Positions 17,389-26,637 of a DNA stretch of 39,540 nucleotides are shown in pieces. The DNA comes from Prevotellaceae bacterium (GTDB lineage Bacteria; Bacteroidota; Bacteroidia; Bacteroidales; UBA932). The notes beneath the pieces are model-generated. The model was not told where the DNA came from. It searched no databases and worked only from the letters and a program-made list of their open reading frames with translations. Every line of letters starts with the position of its first letter. The first letter of the stretch is position 1. A program made the translations under genes and the position numbers. The stretch is from assembly GCA_031287815.1 (NCBI GenBank), contig JAITSM010000069.1, forward strand, positions 1-39,540. Direction: 5' to 3'.

Positions 17389-18306
17389 ATGAAAAAAAAT
17401 TTCTTTCTTTTCGCCATGCTTGCAAGCATGGCAGCAAACGCCACCGTAAAGGTAACGCCGCTTTCTACGGATTATTCCACCAACAAAGTAACCTTTAAAG
17501 TGGAATGGACTGGCACCCCCTCTGCGCCCCACAATAATCGTGTGTGGGTATGGATAGATTTTTGTCCGGTAGCAGGCACAACGCCGGCAACTTCTTTTTC
17601 TACCGCTACCATTTCCAACCCCGCTAAAACAGGCGGGAACGGCACGATTACCGGAGCCACCACGCGCGGATTTTTCATTGAATACAGCAGCGCCACCAAC
17701 GCCGGTACTACCGTTACCGCCACCCTGAGCAACGCCGCCGGCAAATTCAACTGGTGCGCCTACGGCAGCGATTTCCCGCCGAATGCGGTGGACAACTCCG
17801 GCGGCGGCTATGACTTGAGGGGCACGCCGCCGTTTATTATCAACGGCTCGATTGAATGGAGTTCCTACACTTATTCCGGCGGTACGATAAATACCCTCAC
17901 CGACGCTACCGGCTGTCCGGGCGTGTTGTGCGGCAAGGACGGCGAGTCGGCAGGATTATTGAACTGCTGCATTCCCGGAACAACGAATTGCAGCGGGACG
18001 TGTAAAACTACCGGGACATATACATCCAATGACGGCGCGTGCACCAATGCCTGCAATACTGCATATGTACAGGTGAGAAACCAATGCGGAAATGTAATAA
18101 ATGCGACAAGCAGTACATATTATAATAGTGGTTGCCGTATAGGATGTGCTGCGAGCTGGAGCCAAAGCTGCCGGGACTGGAACCAAGACTGTAGCTGGAT
18201 CATCGAAGAGCTTGACAAATGCCAATACTGCTGTACCGCCCAAGGATATCGGTACTATAATCTTGTTTCACGCGAGGGCTCTTCCGATTGTTCTTGTTGT
18301 AACTAA
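17389..18306 (+). CDS. Secreted paralog B: signal peptide, conserved N-domain and Cys-rich C-terminal module (no FISH domain)
   Basis: It shows MKKNFFLFAMLASMAANA, then VTFKVEWTG..NNRVWVWIDFCPV, FNWCAYGSDFPPN and YDLRGTPPFI. The last ~130 aa contain about 24 Cys and end in ..SSDCSCCN. Confidence 0.8.
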   Translation: MKKNFFLFAMLASMAANATVKVTPLSTDYSTNKVTFKVEWTGTPSAPHNNRVWVWIDFCPVAGTTPATSFSTATISNPAKTGGNGTITGATTRGFFIEYSSATNAGTTVTATLSNAAGKFNWCAYGSDFPPNAVDNSGGGYDLRGTPPFIINGSIEWSSYTYSGGTINTLTDATGCPGVLCGKDGESAGLLNCCIPGTTNCSGTCKTTGTYTSNDGACTNACNTAYVQVRNQCGNVINATSSTYYNSGCRIGCAASWSQSCRDWNQDCSWIIEELDKCQYCCTAQGYRYYNLVSREGSSDCSCCN

Positions 18307-18337
18307 ACCGTGATGATGTAGAATGAACTCAAAATAA

Positions 18338-18430
18338 TTTGCGAATATTATAGCGTTTTTTCCAACGCTCCCCTCCTTGCGCCCTGTTCCCCTTAAGGCT
18401 TCCTCGCGCAACTTGAAATAAAATGTTCTT
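18338..18430 (+). other. Conserved 3'-flank module shared with the decayed paralog at 32165..32265(-)
   Basis: The sequence tttgcgaatattatAGCGTTttttccAACGCTcccctccTTGCGCcctgttccccttaaggcttcctcGCGCAActtgaaataaaatgttc aligns at about 75% identity with the reverse complement of 32165-32265. Confidence 0.6.
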
Positions 18431-18953
18431 TGCATACCACACAGGGGCAAAATAAATATAGCCCCTGTTTCACGCCGTTCAATAGTCCCGATTAAAACTA
18501 TATCGAACGGCTGAGGTGCCGGAGCACCCGAAAAAGGAGCTATAATAGCTTCGGTGCTTTGGCACCTTTTATATTAAAGCGGACACAAAAATACAAAAAA
18601 TATGAAACTAAAACTAATATGGATAAAAATACACCTGCTTTTGCTGCGGGTAACGGCAGAGGTGAACATGCCGGTATGGTTGCAGCTGCTATGGGAAGCG
18701 ATTTTTAAAAGTTAAGAACTAAAAACTAAAAAAAAGCAGTACGCCTCCCCCGCAAGGGGGCGCGCCCCCAATAAATAGGGAACTAATATATTAACTTAAA
18801 AAAGGGAGATCATATGAGAGAATTTCATGACTGCCGACTGCCTTCCTGCGCCAGCCACTGCCTACTGCTACTGAAAACTGCCTACTGCCCTCCTGCGCCA
18901 GCCATTCTCCATTAAATTTGCTACCTTTGCGGAAACGTTGCGAAGCCTTGCCA

Positions 18954-20123
18954 ATGGAAATCAAAAACGAGCTGAACAGGTTATCTTGTTGCGTTATTAT
19001 TCCTGTGTATAATAATGCCGGTACGCTGGCGGAGGTGATTGCCGGCGTGCAACGTTATGCCGGCGCCGTGATTGTGGTGAACGACGGCTCAACGGACGCT
19101 ACGCCGGAAATCCTTTCCGCCATCCCGTCAATTACCGTGCTGACGCATCCCGCAAACAGGGGCAAGGGGGGCGCCCTGCGTACCGGCTTCCGGTACGCCT
19201 TGCACAACGGCTTCCGGTATGCCATTACGCTGGACGCCGACGGGCAGCATTTCCCGGAAGATATTCCGCTTTTTGCCGAAGCGATAGCAAAGGGCTCCGG
19301 CGCATTGGTGCTCGGGGCGAGAAGGCTGAAGCAGGAAAATATGCCCGGAAAAAATACGTTTGCCAACAGGTTCTCCAATTTCTGGGTATGGGTGGAAACG
19401 GGAAAGCGGCTGGAAGATACGCAGTCGGGGTTCCGCGCCTATCCGCTCCGGGCGTTTGCGGACGCGAAGTTTTTTACGCGCCGGTATGATTTTGAACTGG
19501 AAATCCTCGTCCGTTCCGCATGGAAGGGGCTTCCGGTGATCACCGTTCCTGTCCGGGTATTTTATGCGCCGGAGGGGAAACGGGTATCTCATTTCAAGCC
19601 CCTGCGCGATTTTATGCGGATAAGCCTCCTCAATGTTTTCCTGGTATTGCTGGCGCTCCTGTGGTTTCGCCCTTTTGCCTTTGTCCGCAGCCTCCGCCGG
19701 GAAAATCTCCGGAAATGGTTCCGCGAACATATCCTCCAGTCTTCCGAACCCAACCGCAAGATAACCCTCTCGGTCATGCTGGGGGTATTTATGGGCATTG
19801 TTCCCGCATGGGGATGGCAGATGCTGGCGGCTTTTTCGCTGGCGCACCTCCTGCGGCTGAATAAGGCGATAGCCGTAGTGGCGTCCAATATCAGCGTTCC
19901 GCCGATGATTCCGCTGATTTTGTTTGGAAGTTTTTCCTGCGGCGCCTGGGCGCTGGGGCGCCCGCTTGCCCTGTCGCTGCATACGGCGTCTTTCGAGGCG
20001 GTGTACCGGGATTTGTTACAGTATATCGTCGGGAGCTTTGTGCTGGCCGTCCTGTGCGCACTGGCGGCCGGAGCGGTTACCGGGTTGCTGTTATACTTTT
20101 TTAGAAAACCGCCATTGAAATGA
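18954..20123 (+). CDS. Family-2 glycosyltransferase fused to a DUF2062-type membrane domain
   Basis: GT2 motifs are IIPVYNNAGTL, VVNDGSTDAT and TLDADGQH. The C-terminal TM region resembles DUF2062 (LGVFMGIVPAWGWQMLAAF...NKAIAVVASNISVPPMIP). The ATG at 18954 is preferred over the TTG at 18918 because a TACCTTTG box sits at 18921-18928. Confidence 0.8.
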   Translation: MEIKNELNRLSCCVIIPVYNNAGTLAEVIAGVQRYAGAVIVVNDGSTDATPEILSAIPSITVLTHPANRGKGGALRTGFRYALHNGFRYAITLDADGQHFPEDIPLFAEAIAKGSGALVLGARRLKQENMPGKNTFANRFSNFWVWVETGKRLEDTQSGFRAYPLRAFADAKFFTRRYDFELEILVRSAWKGLPVITVPVRVFYAPEGKRVSHFKPLRDFMRISLLNVFLVLLALLWFRPFAFVRSLRRENLRKWFREHILQSSEPNRKITLSVMLGVFMGIVPAWGWQMLAAFSLAHLLRLNKAIAVVASNISVPPMIPLILFGSFSCGAWALGRPLALSLHTASFEAVYRDLLQYIVGSFVLAVLCALAAGAVTGLLLYFFRKPPLK

Positions 20124-23100
20124 TACGGATATTTATAGCCTGCTATTATTTTTTCCGGACGCGCCGCATTTTGTTTTATGCACTGGGCGGCTTATTGACG
20201 GCGACAATGATTTGCCTGGCCTGGCAAATCGGATGGCGGGAAGATATTAACAGCCTCCTGCCGCAAACCGAAGATACGCGTTCTATCGGAACGGTTTTTA
20301 AGCACGTCCGGGTAAAAGATAAAATCGCCGTCCTCATCACTTCCAGAGACACGGCGCACCCGGCGGCGCCCGAAACGATGATACAGGGCTGTGAAGCCTT
20401 TTTTTCGCGGCTGCTGCAAACCCCTGCGGGGAGATCGCATATCAGGAAAGTGCAGTCTACGGTAGATAGCCGGCTGGCGGAATCGTTGCATCAGTACGTC
20501 ATGGAGCAGCTGCCGGCCTTCCTCGACGACGCCGGCTACGCCCGCCTGGACAGCTTGCTGCAGCCGCCACAGCTGGAGCAACAGCTGGCGCAACAATATA
20601 GCCGGCTGCTCTCGCCGCTGGGTATGGTTTCTTCCAAATTCATCGCCGCCGACCCGCTCAACCTTTCGGGAAATATCCTGAAATCACTGGAAGCGTTGGA
20701 GCCGGACAGCCGCTACGCCCTGTACGACGGGCATATCTTTTCGGACGACAAACGGTACCTGGCGGCGTTCATTTCGCCGGTTTTCGGCGCCGGCGAGCTT
20801 TCCCGCAACGAGGCGCTGGTGGAAGAAATAGAACGCACGATTGCTGCGGTGGAGCAACAATATCCCGCATTGTCGGCCGCTTATTTCGGCGGCATTCCCG
20901 TAGGCATCTACAACGCCCGGCAGATTAAATCCGACGCGGCGGCGGCAATGGCGGTAACCGCGCTCCTCATCGGGCTGGTTATTATTTTTGCCTTCCGCCG
21001 GAAGTCGGCGGTGTGGCTGATTTTGCTGCCGGTGTTGATGGGCGGGCTCTTTGCGCTGGCGTTGATGTATGTGATCCAGGGCGCGATTTCTACCATCGCC
21101 GTCGGCGCGGGGTCTGTCATTCTCGGGGTGGCGTTGAGCTACTCCATCCACGTGTTTTGCCATTCGCTCCATGCGCCTTCGGCGGAACAGCTCATTCGCG
21201 AACTCGCCTACCCGATGACCATCGGGAGCTTTACTACCATTGCCGCCTTTGCCGGCCTTGCTTTCATGCACACGGAGGCGTTGCGTGACTTCGGGCTGTT
21301 TTCCTGTTTTACATTGATTGGAACGACCCTGTGCTGCCTGGTTTTCATGCCCCACCTGCTGACGTTCCATCGCCCGCCGCCCCGCCGCCTGATGCGCCGG
21401 ATAGAAAAATGGACGGCCTACCCGTTTGAAAAAAACGGCGTGTTGATTCTGTTAATCGTCCTGGTTTTTGGCGTATCGTGCTTTTTCTGCGGAAAAGTAA
21501 CCTTCAACGCCGACATGGAGCGGCTGAACTACCTGCCCGCCCCTTTGGCGCAAGCGGAAAAGGTATTGAAAGACGTTTTCCAGGGCGACGCCCCGACCGT
21601 GTACCTGGTGGCTGTCGGCGCTACGCCCGACGAGGCGTTGCGCCATTACCGGCAGGCGGCGGAAAAATGCCAGTCATTGAAAGAAGCATCGCTGATTAAG
21701 GACTATTCGTCGGCGCATCATTTACTGCTTCCGGCAGCCGAACAGCAGGAGCGCATCGACCGCTGGAACGCTTTCTGGACGCCCGGAAAACGCGCATGGC
21801 TCCAAACCAACCTGCCGGCAATGGCGGAAAAATACAAATTCAAAGCCCATAGCTTTGACGGCTTCCTGCAGCGCCTGGACAAGGATTACCAACCGGTGGA
21901 CTATATGCAGCCGGGCTTCCTCGATACGTTTGTCCTGAACGAATGGATAGAGGACGCCGGCGGGCTGCCTGTGGCGATTATCCAGGCGCAGCTGCCCGAA
22001 GAAAACAAAGAGCGGGTATACCAAGCCTTCGAAAGCGACAGGCACCTCGTTATCCTCGACAAAACCTATTTCGCCGGCAAATTTTCCACATTAGTCAATG
22101 AGGATTTTAATGCGCTGTTGTTTATTGTGTCGGTCATCGTATTTTTATCCATCCTCGCGTCGTACGGGAGAATAGAAATCGCCGTCGTAACCTTCCTGCC
22201 CATGCTGGTCAGCTGGGTCATTATACTGGGGCTGATGGCGCTTTTCGGCATAGAATTTAATGTAATCAACATTATCATCTCTACCTTTATCTTCGGTATC
22301 GGGGATGATTTCAGCATTTTTGTCAGCGACGGCCTGTTGCTGGAATATAAAACAGGGCAAAAAATCATCGCGTCCCACAAAACGGCCATTTTCTTTTCGG
22401 CCTTCGCCGTCATAGCGGGCATGGGCGCCATGATTTTTTCGAAACACCCGGCGCTGTATTCCATCTCCGTGACTTCCGTGATAGGCATGCTGGCCATCCT
22501 GCTTATTTCCTATACCGTCCAGCCCTTTCTTTTCAAACTTTTTATCACCGGGCGCACGGCGAAACGGAAATTCCCGCATACCTGGTACAGCCTGCTGATT
22601 ACCGTAACGGCATTAACCGTTTTTGTTGCCGGGAGCCTTTTCCTCACGCTGGCAAGCTATATCCTCTTTCTCCTTCCGGTACGGAAAAAAGCCAAACAGG
22701 CGTTTTTCCATTATTTATTATATGGCTTCGGCTTCCTGCAACTGTATGTGATGCCCAATGAAAAGAAAGTGCGGCAAAACCCCTCGCGTGAAACCTTTGA
22801 AAAGCCGGCGATGATTATTGCCAATCATCAATCGGTGATAGATATTATGCAGGCGCTGACGTGGCATCCCAAAATTATTATGGTTACCAAAGCATGGGTC
22901 AGCCGGTCGCCGCTGTTCGGGAAAATAGCCCGCTTCGCCGGCTTTGTGGACATCACCAAAGGCTATGAGCCGGCGGTGGCGCACATCCGGCAGTATATGG
23001 ACGACGGCTATTCGGTGGTGATATTTCCCGAAGGCACGCGCTCGCCCGACGGCAAATTACAGCGGTTTCACAAGGGCGCCTTTTATTTGGCGGAAGCCCT

Positions 23101-23983
23101 GAAAGCCGACATTGTCCCGGCGCTGCTTTACGGGCACGGGCAAGCCATGTCGAAAAATGATTCCCTGTATTTGAAAGACGGCGTGCTGGCGACGAAAATC
23201 CTGCCCCGCATGCCCTACCGCGAAGGGGAAACGTACCAGGAACGGTACAAACAGGCGGCGCGCCTCTTTAAAAGGGAACATGCAGCGTTGGCCGATGAAA
23301 TAGACCGCTCCGGAAATCCCTACTACCGCTACAAGCTGATGAAAAACTACCTCTACAAGGGGCCTGTCCTCGAATGGTACCTGCGGGTAAAGGCGGCGAT
23401 GGAAAAGAATTACCGGCTGTTCGAGCAATTAGTCCCGGCAAAGGCCGTCATCACCGATATAGGCTGCGGATACGGCTTTTTGTCCTACATGCTGGCTTTC
23501 CGGTCGGGCGAACGGCGCATTACAGGCATCGACTACGACGCCGAAAAGATTGCCACCGCGCAAAATAACTTCTCCAAAACCGACCGGCTGCAATTCATCG
23601 CAGCCGATGCGTCGGCCTTCGCCTTCGCCCCTTCCGACGTATTTATCCTGAACGACGTGTTGCATTACCTGCCGGAAGAAAAACAGCACGCCGTGTTGAT
23701 GCAATGCGTAAAGAATTTGAACGCCGGCGGGAAAATCATCATTCGCGACGGCGACAGGGAACAGCGCAGGAAACATGCGCTCACCCAATGGTCGGAGTTC
23801 TTTTCCACCCGCCTGCTGAAGTTCAACCGGGCGGACTATGCCCTGCATTTCATCTCCACCACCTCTCTGGAAGCGTTTGCGCAACGCCACCACTTATCGC
23901 TGTCGATTGTGGAAAACAGCAAGTACAGCTCTAACAGGATACACGTGCTTAGCCGGGAGCCGGGAGTGAAGAGTGAAGGGTGA
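20120..23983 (+). CDS. Tri-domain fusion: MMPL/RND-like exporter, PlsC-type lysophospholipid acyltransferase and SAM-dependent methyltransferase
   Basis: It has two multi-TM bundles (about aa 270-410 and 680-800). The acyltransferase motifs are HX4D (NHQSVID) and FPEGTRS. The methyltransferase motif I is ITDIGCGYGFLSYMLA. Its start overlaps the GT2 stop (ATGA at 20120-20123). Confidence 0.8.
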   Translation: MIRIFIACYYFFRTRRILFYALGGLLTATMICLAWQIGWREDINSLLPQTEDTRSIGTVFKHVRVKDKIAVLITSRDTAHPAAPETMIQGCEAFFSRLLQTPAGRSHIRKVQSTVDSRLAESLHQYVMEQLPAFLDDAGYARLDSLLQPPQLEQQLAQQYSRLLSPLGMVSSKFIAADPLNLSGNILKSLEALEPDSRYALYDGHIFSDDKRYLAAFISPVFGAGELSRNEALVEEIERTIAAVEQQYPALSAAYFGGIPVGIYNARQIKSDAAAAMAVTALLIGLVIIFAFRRKSAVWLILLPVLMGGLFALALMYVIQGAISTIAVGAGSVILGVALSYSIHVFCHSLHAPSAEQLIRELAYPMTIGSFTTIAAFAGLAFMHTEALRDFGLFSCFTLIGTTLCCLVFMPHLLTFHRPPPRRLMRRIEKWTAYPFEKNGVLILLIVLVFGVSCFFCGKVTFNADMERLNYLPAPLAQAEKVLKDVFQGDAPTVYLVAVGATPDEALRHYRQAAEKCQSLKEASLIKDYSSAHHLLLPAAEQQERIDRWNAFWTPGKRAWLQTNLPAMAEKYKFKAHSFDGFLQRLDKDYQPVDYMQPGFLDTFVLNEWIEDAGGLPVAIIQAQLPEENKERVYQAFESDRHLVILDKTYFAGKFSTLVNEDFNALLFIVSVIVFLSILASYGRIEIAVVTFLPMLVSWVIILGLMALFGIEFNVINIIISTFIFGIGDDFSIFVSDGLLLEYKTGQKIIASHKTAIFFSAFAVIAGMGAMIFSKHPALYSISVTSVIGMLAILLISYTVQPFLFKLFITGRTAKRKFPHTWYSLLITVTALTVFVAGSLFLTLASYILFLLPVRKKAKQAFFHYLLYGFGFLQLYVMPNEKKVRQNPSRETFEKPAMIIANHQSVIDIMQALTWHPKIIMVTKAWVSRSPLFGKIARFAGFVDITKGYEPAVAHIRQYMDDGYSVVIFPEGTRSPDGKLQRFHKGAFYLAEALKADIVPALLYGHGQAMSKNDSLYLKDGVLATKILPRMPYREGETYQERYKQAARLFKREHAALADEIDRSGNPYYRYKLMKNYLYKGPVLEWYLRVKAAMEKNYRLFEQLVPAKAVITDIGCGYGFLSYMLAFRSGERRITGIDYDAEKIATAQNNFSKTDRLQFIAADASAFAFAPSDVFILNDVLHYLPEEKQHAVLMQCVKNLNAGGKIIIRDGDREQRRKHALTQWSEFFSTRLLKFNRADYALHFISTTSLEAFAQRHHLSLSIVENSKYSSNRIHVLSREPGVKSEG

Positions 23984-24106
23984 AGAGTGAAGAGTGAAGG
24001 GTGAAAAGGGTGAAGAGTGAAGAGTGAAGGGTGAAGAGTGAAGAGTGAAGAGTCACCCTTCACCGAGATACTCATCACCCATCACCCTTCACTCTTCACC
24101 TTTCAC
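23965..24106. repeat. 'Word' hairpin of GTGAAGA/GTGAAGG words and their complement, spanning two convergent stop codons
   Basis: The left arm (23965-24052) is gtgaagagtgaagggtgaagag... The right arm (24052-24106) is tcacccttcac...cttcactcttcacctttcac. The stop of the 20120 gene (23981-83) and the radC stop (24103-05) both lie inside the arms. Confidence 0.8.
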
Positions 24107-24804
24107 ACCCTCCGGTGTTCCGCGAAGCTATAAAAGTCATTGCCGGCAATAATGATATGGTCGTGAAATTGAATGTCGAGCAGGGCGGCGGCTTGCTGTA
24201 CCTTCCCGGTCAGGAGCAGGTCTTCGGAGCTGGGGTTCGCGCTGCCCGAAGGGTGGTTATGCACCAGAATAATCCCCGACGCCAGCTTTTCAATGGCCTG
24301 TTTCAATATCATCCGCGTGTCGGCGGCTGTGGCGTGAATGCCGCCCTGACTGATTTTAATGCGTTCCATCACGCAGTTGGCGCGGTTCAGGAGCAGCAGC
24401 CACATTTCTTCATGGGGCAGGTCTGCCAATAGCGGCGACATCAGCCGCACCACTTCTTCGGCCGCCCGTATCTTCGCACGCGGCGCGGCTTGGGCGGCGG
24501 CGCGCCGCCGCCCAAGCTCCAGCGCGGCAAGCAACGTAATAGCTTTGGTGGCGCCGATGCCTTTGATTTTTTGCAACCGGCTGCGTTCAATTTTCCCCAG
24601 TTCGTTCAGGTTGTTACCCGACAAGGCCAGTACCTGTTGCGCTACTTCCACCACCGTTTCGGAACGTGTGCCGGAGCGTAGCAGGATAGCAATCAATTCC
24701 GCGTCGGTCAGCGCGGCGGCGCCTTTGGCTATCATCTTTTCGCGCGGCCGGTCATCGGGGCTCAGGTCTTTTATTTTTAAGGGGCTCATAACAGGTTCTC
24801 CCAA
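24103..24804 (-). CDS. radC: RadC-family JAB-domain protein
   Basis: It has an N-terminal HhH region and the C-terminal JAMM motif HNHPSGSANPSSEDLLLT. Confidence 0.9.
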   Translation of the reverse strand: MGEPVMSPLKIKDLSPDDRPREKMIAKGAAALTDAELIAILLRSGTRSETVVEVAQQVLALSGNNLNELGKIERSRLQKIKGIGATKAITLLAALELGRRRAAAQAAPRAKIRAAEEVVRLMSPLLADLPHEEMWLLLLNRANCVMERIKISQGGIHATAADTRMILKQAIEKLASGIILVHNHPSGSANPSSEDLLLTGKVQQAAALLDIQFHDHIIIAGNDFYSFAEHRRV

Positions 24805-24842
24805 ATTTCATGGCTGCAAAAATACAAATAAATTCGTGTTTC

Positions 24843-24976
24843 AACTAAAACGCGCCAGCGCTTTTAGTTTTTAACCTTCAGTTTTCAACACCCGGTTCAA
24901 AACGGCCTCCTGAAACCTGCCTGCTGCCTTCCGCCGCCGGCTAACTTTTAACGTTTAGTTTTTAACTTTTAACGTT
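24843..24976. repeat. 'Word' repeat cluster (GCGCCAGCG core with TTTTAGTTTTTAAC words; CTGCCTGCTGCC words; GCCGGCTAAC with TTTTAACG words)
   Basis: The same word classes occur at 255-288, 13136-13166, 16575-16600 and 18845-18900. Confidence 0.6.
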
Positions 24977-25064
24977 CATTCGTCCGATTAAGCCGGCATT
25001 GTCTATGCCGTGCTTTTCATCCCACCATACGGGTTCAACAACCCTTTTTCTTATTCCGACAATC

Positions 25065-25484
25065 AATTTAGGGGACTACATAAATAATTTAGGGGACTAC
25101 ATAAATAATTTAGGGGACTACATAAATGATTTAGGGGACTACCTAAATGATTTAGGGGACTACCTAAATGATTTAGGGGACTACCTAAATGATTTAGGGG
25201 ACTACCTAAATGATTTAGGGGACTACCTAAATAATTTAGGGGACTACATAAATGATTTAGGGGACTACATAAATGATTTAGGGGACTACCTAAATGATTT
25301 AGGGGACTACCTAAATGATTTAGGGGACTACATAAATAAATTAGGGGACTACATAAATGATTTAGGGGACTACATAAATGATTTAGGGGACTACATAAAT
25401 GATTCAGGGGACTACCTAAATGATTCAGGGGACTACATAAATGAATTAGGGGGCTACATAAATGAATTAGGGGACTACATAAAA
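25065..25484. repeat. 21-bp tandem array, ~20 units (consensus RATTTAGGGGACTACMTAAAT)
   Basis: The 420-bp array has an exact 21-bp period. Variant units occur in runs (ACATAAAT versus ACCTAAAT; AATTT, GATTT, GATTC, GAATT). There are no unique spacers. Confidence 0.95.
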
Positions 25485-25677
25485 TAGAGGAAGGACAAGT
25501 TTTTTGTACGGGGATTAAAATATGCCGGACGGCTTAGAACGCCAAAGCGTAAATCCAAAACAAAAAAACCAATGGCGGCAAAAAATGTTTGGTTGCCGAA
25601 GAACGCTTCGCCCTTGACGCTTTACCCTTCACCCTTGACGCTTTACCATTGACGCTTTACCGCTTCACTTACCTTTT

Positions 25678-26637
25678 TTATCTTACACACAATAATGGTT
25701 GATAGTAGTTTCTCCCGCAATTATTGATTTTCCACCATCTCCATTGCCCGCGATACACACCACATGACGTAGCTAGCAATTCACCAAAGTACCATAATTT
25801 CATCGTGGTGCCGCTGCAATCATTGCACACATGGTTATTCGACGCGCATCCATCGTTTATCCACGCACCGGTCGGGCCCTCTACACCCCAGATAGCGGTA
25901 CGCTCAGTGTTCATTATTTGGACTTCCGTAAGGGTCGGGTAGCGCCAACCGGATGGACAGCCGGTCGTACCATCACAGTTAGCATGTGAAGGCATGACAG
26001 CGTTTTTAATTTCTATTCCTAAACCAACATAAGTACTCGCTTCGTCAGCTATCGCATCCCTGCAATGAGTGCTAAACGCTATTAACCCTTCCACACATAT
26101 TCCGCCATTGTGTACTTCATCTCGTCCTACGCCTCCGGGACAGCCTGTCGCGTCGGTCAAAGAAGTAATAGTCGTTACGGCATATTTGTCATTATTTACA
26201 GTCGTACCATTTACAATAAACGGTTTTGTTCCTTTTAACGTATAGCTTCCGTTGTTATATGATATGGCGTTGGGCGGGTAGTCGCTGCCATAGGCGCACC
26301 AGTTGAATTGCCCTGCTGCGTTGTTCAGTTTGGCGGTAACGGTCGAAGGATTGGTGGTTACATAAAAGCCGCGCATATTGCCGGTAACGGTTAGTATACT
26401 GCCGGCGGTAGCCGTAGCCCCGCTGATAACGGCTTTTTCAAATGTGCCCGAAGAAGTTCCCGACACCGGGCACAAATCCACAAACACCCACACGCGGTCG
26501 TTGGCGACGTCGCCTGTCCATTCCACGCGGAAGGTTACGGTTTTGTTGATATAATCCGTCGAGAGCGGCGTGATGTACACATTGGCGCTTGCGGTTATGC
26601 CGGCAAGCATTGCTAAAAAGAAAATTTTTGTTTTCAT
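25678..26637 (-). CDS. Secreted paralog C: signal peptide, conserved N-domain and divergent FISH-type C-terminal domain
   Basis: I place the start at the internal ATG (MKTKIFFLAMLAGITASA). Motifs are VTFRVEWTGDVANDRVWVFVDLCPV, FNWCAYGSDYPPN, YTLKGTKPFI and CPSGWRYPT, and it ends in LLCVR. Confidence 0.8.
   Translation of the reverse strand: MKTKIFFLAMLAGITASANVYITPLSTDYINKTVTFRVEWTGDVANDRVWVFVDLCPVSGTSSGTFEKAVISGATATAGSILTVTGNMRGFYVTTNPSTVTAKLNNAAGQFNWCAYGSDYPPNAISYNNGSYTLKGTKPFIVNGTTVNNDKYAVTTITSLTDATGCPGGVGRDEVHNGGICVEGLIAFSTHCRDAIADEASTYVGLGIEIKNAVMPSHANCDGTTGCPSGWRYPTLTEVQIMNTERTAIWGVEGPTGAWINDGCASNNHVCNDCSGTTMKLWYFGELLATSCGVYRGQWRWWKINNCGRNYYQPLLCVR

Noticed and set aside
18268-18450. 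Similar peptide strings (LREEALRGTGRKEGSV / [16 protein letters not shown]) from ORFs antisense to the paralog 3' flanks
   Set aside because: The similarity reflects nucleotide homology of the shared 3'-flank module. The second ORF (32025-32240) starts inside the tRNA gene, and the reading frames are not otherwise conserved.
18619-18708. 29-aa Gly/Ala-rich small ORF (MDKNTPAFAAGNGRGEHAGMVAAAMGSDF*), a possible RiPP-like precursor
   Set aside because: There is no recognisable promoter, no neighbouring modification enzymes and no second copy for comparison. It is indistinguishable from a chance ORF.
25065-25484. Possible CRISPR array
   Set aside because: The units are contiguous 21-mers with no unique spacers between them, and there are no cas genes in the window. 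It is a plain tandem repeat.
24999-25487. 162-aa ORF encoding NLGDYIN heptad repeats
   Set aside because: The frame is open only because the 21-bp unit lacks a stop in that frame. It needs a TTG start and has no promoter box or signal peptide. Its AT-rich composition is unlike neighbouring genes. I treat it as non-coding, although translation cannot be excluded without data.
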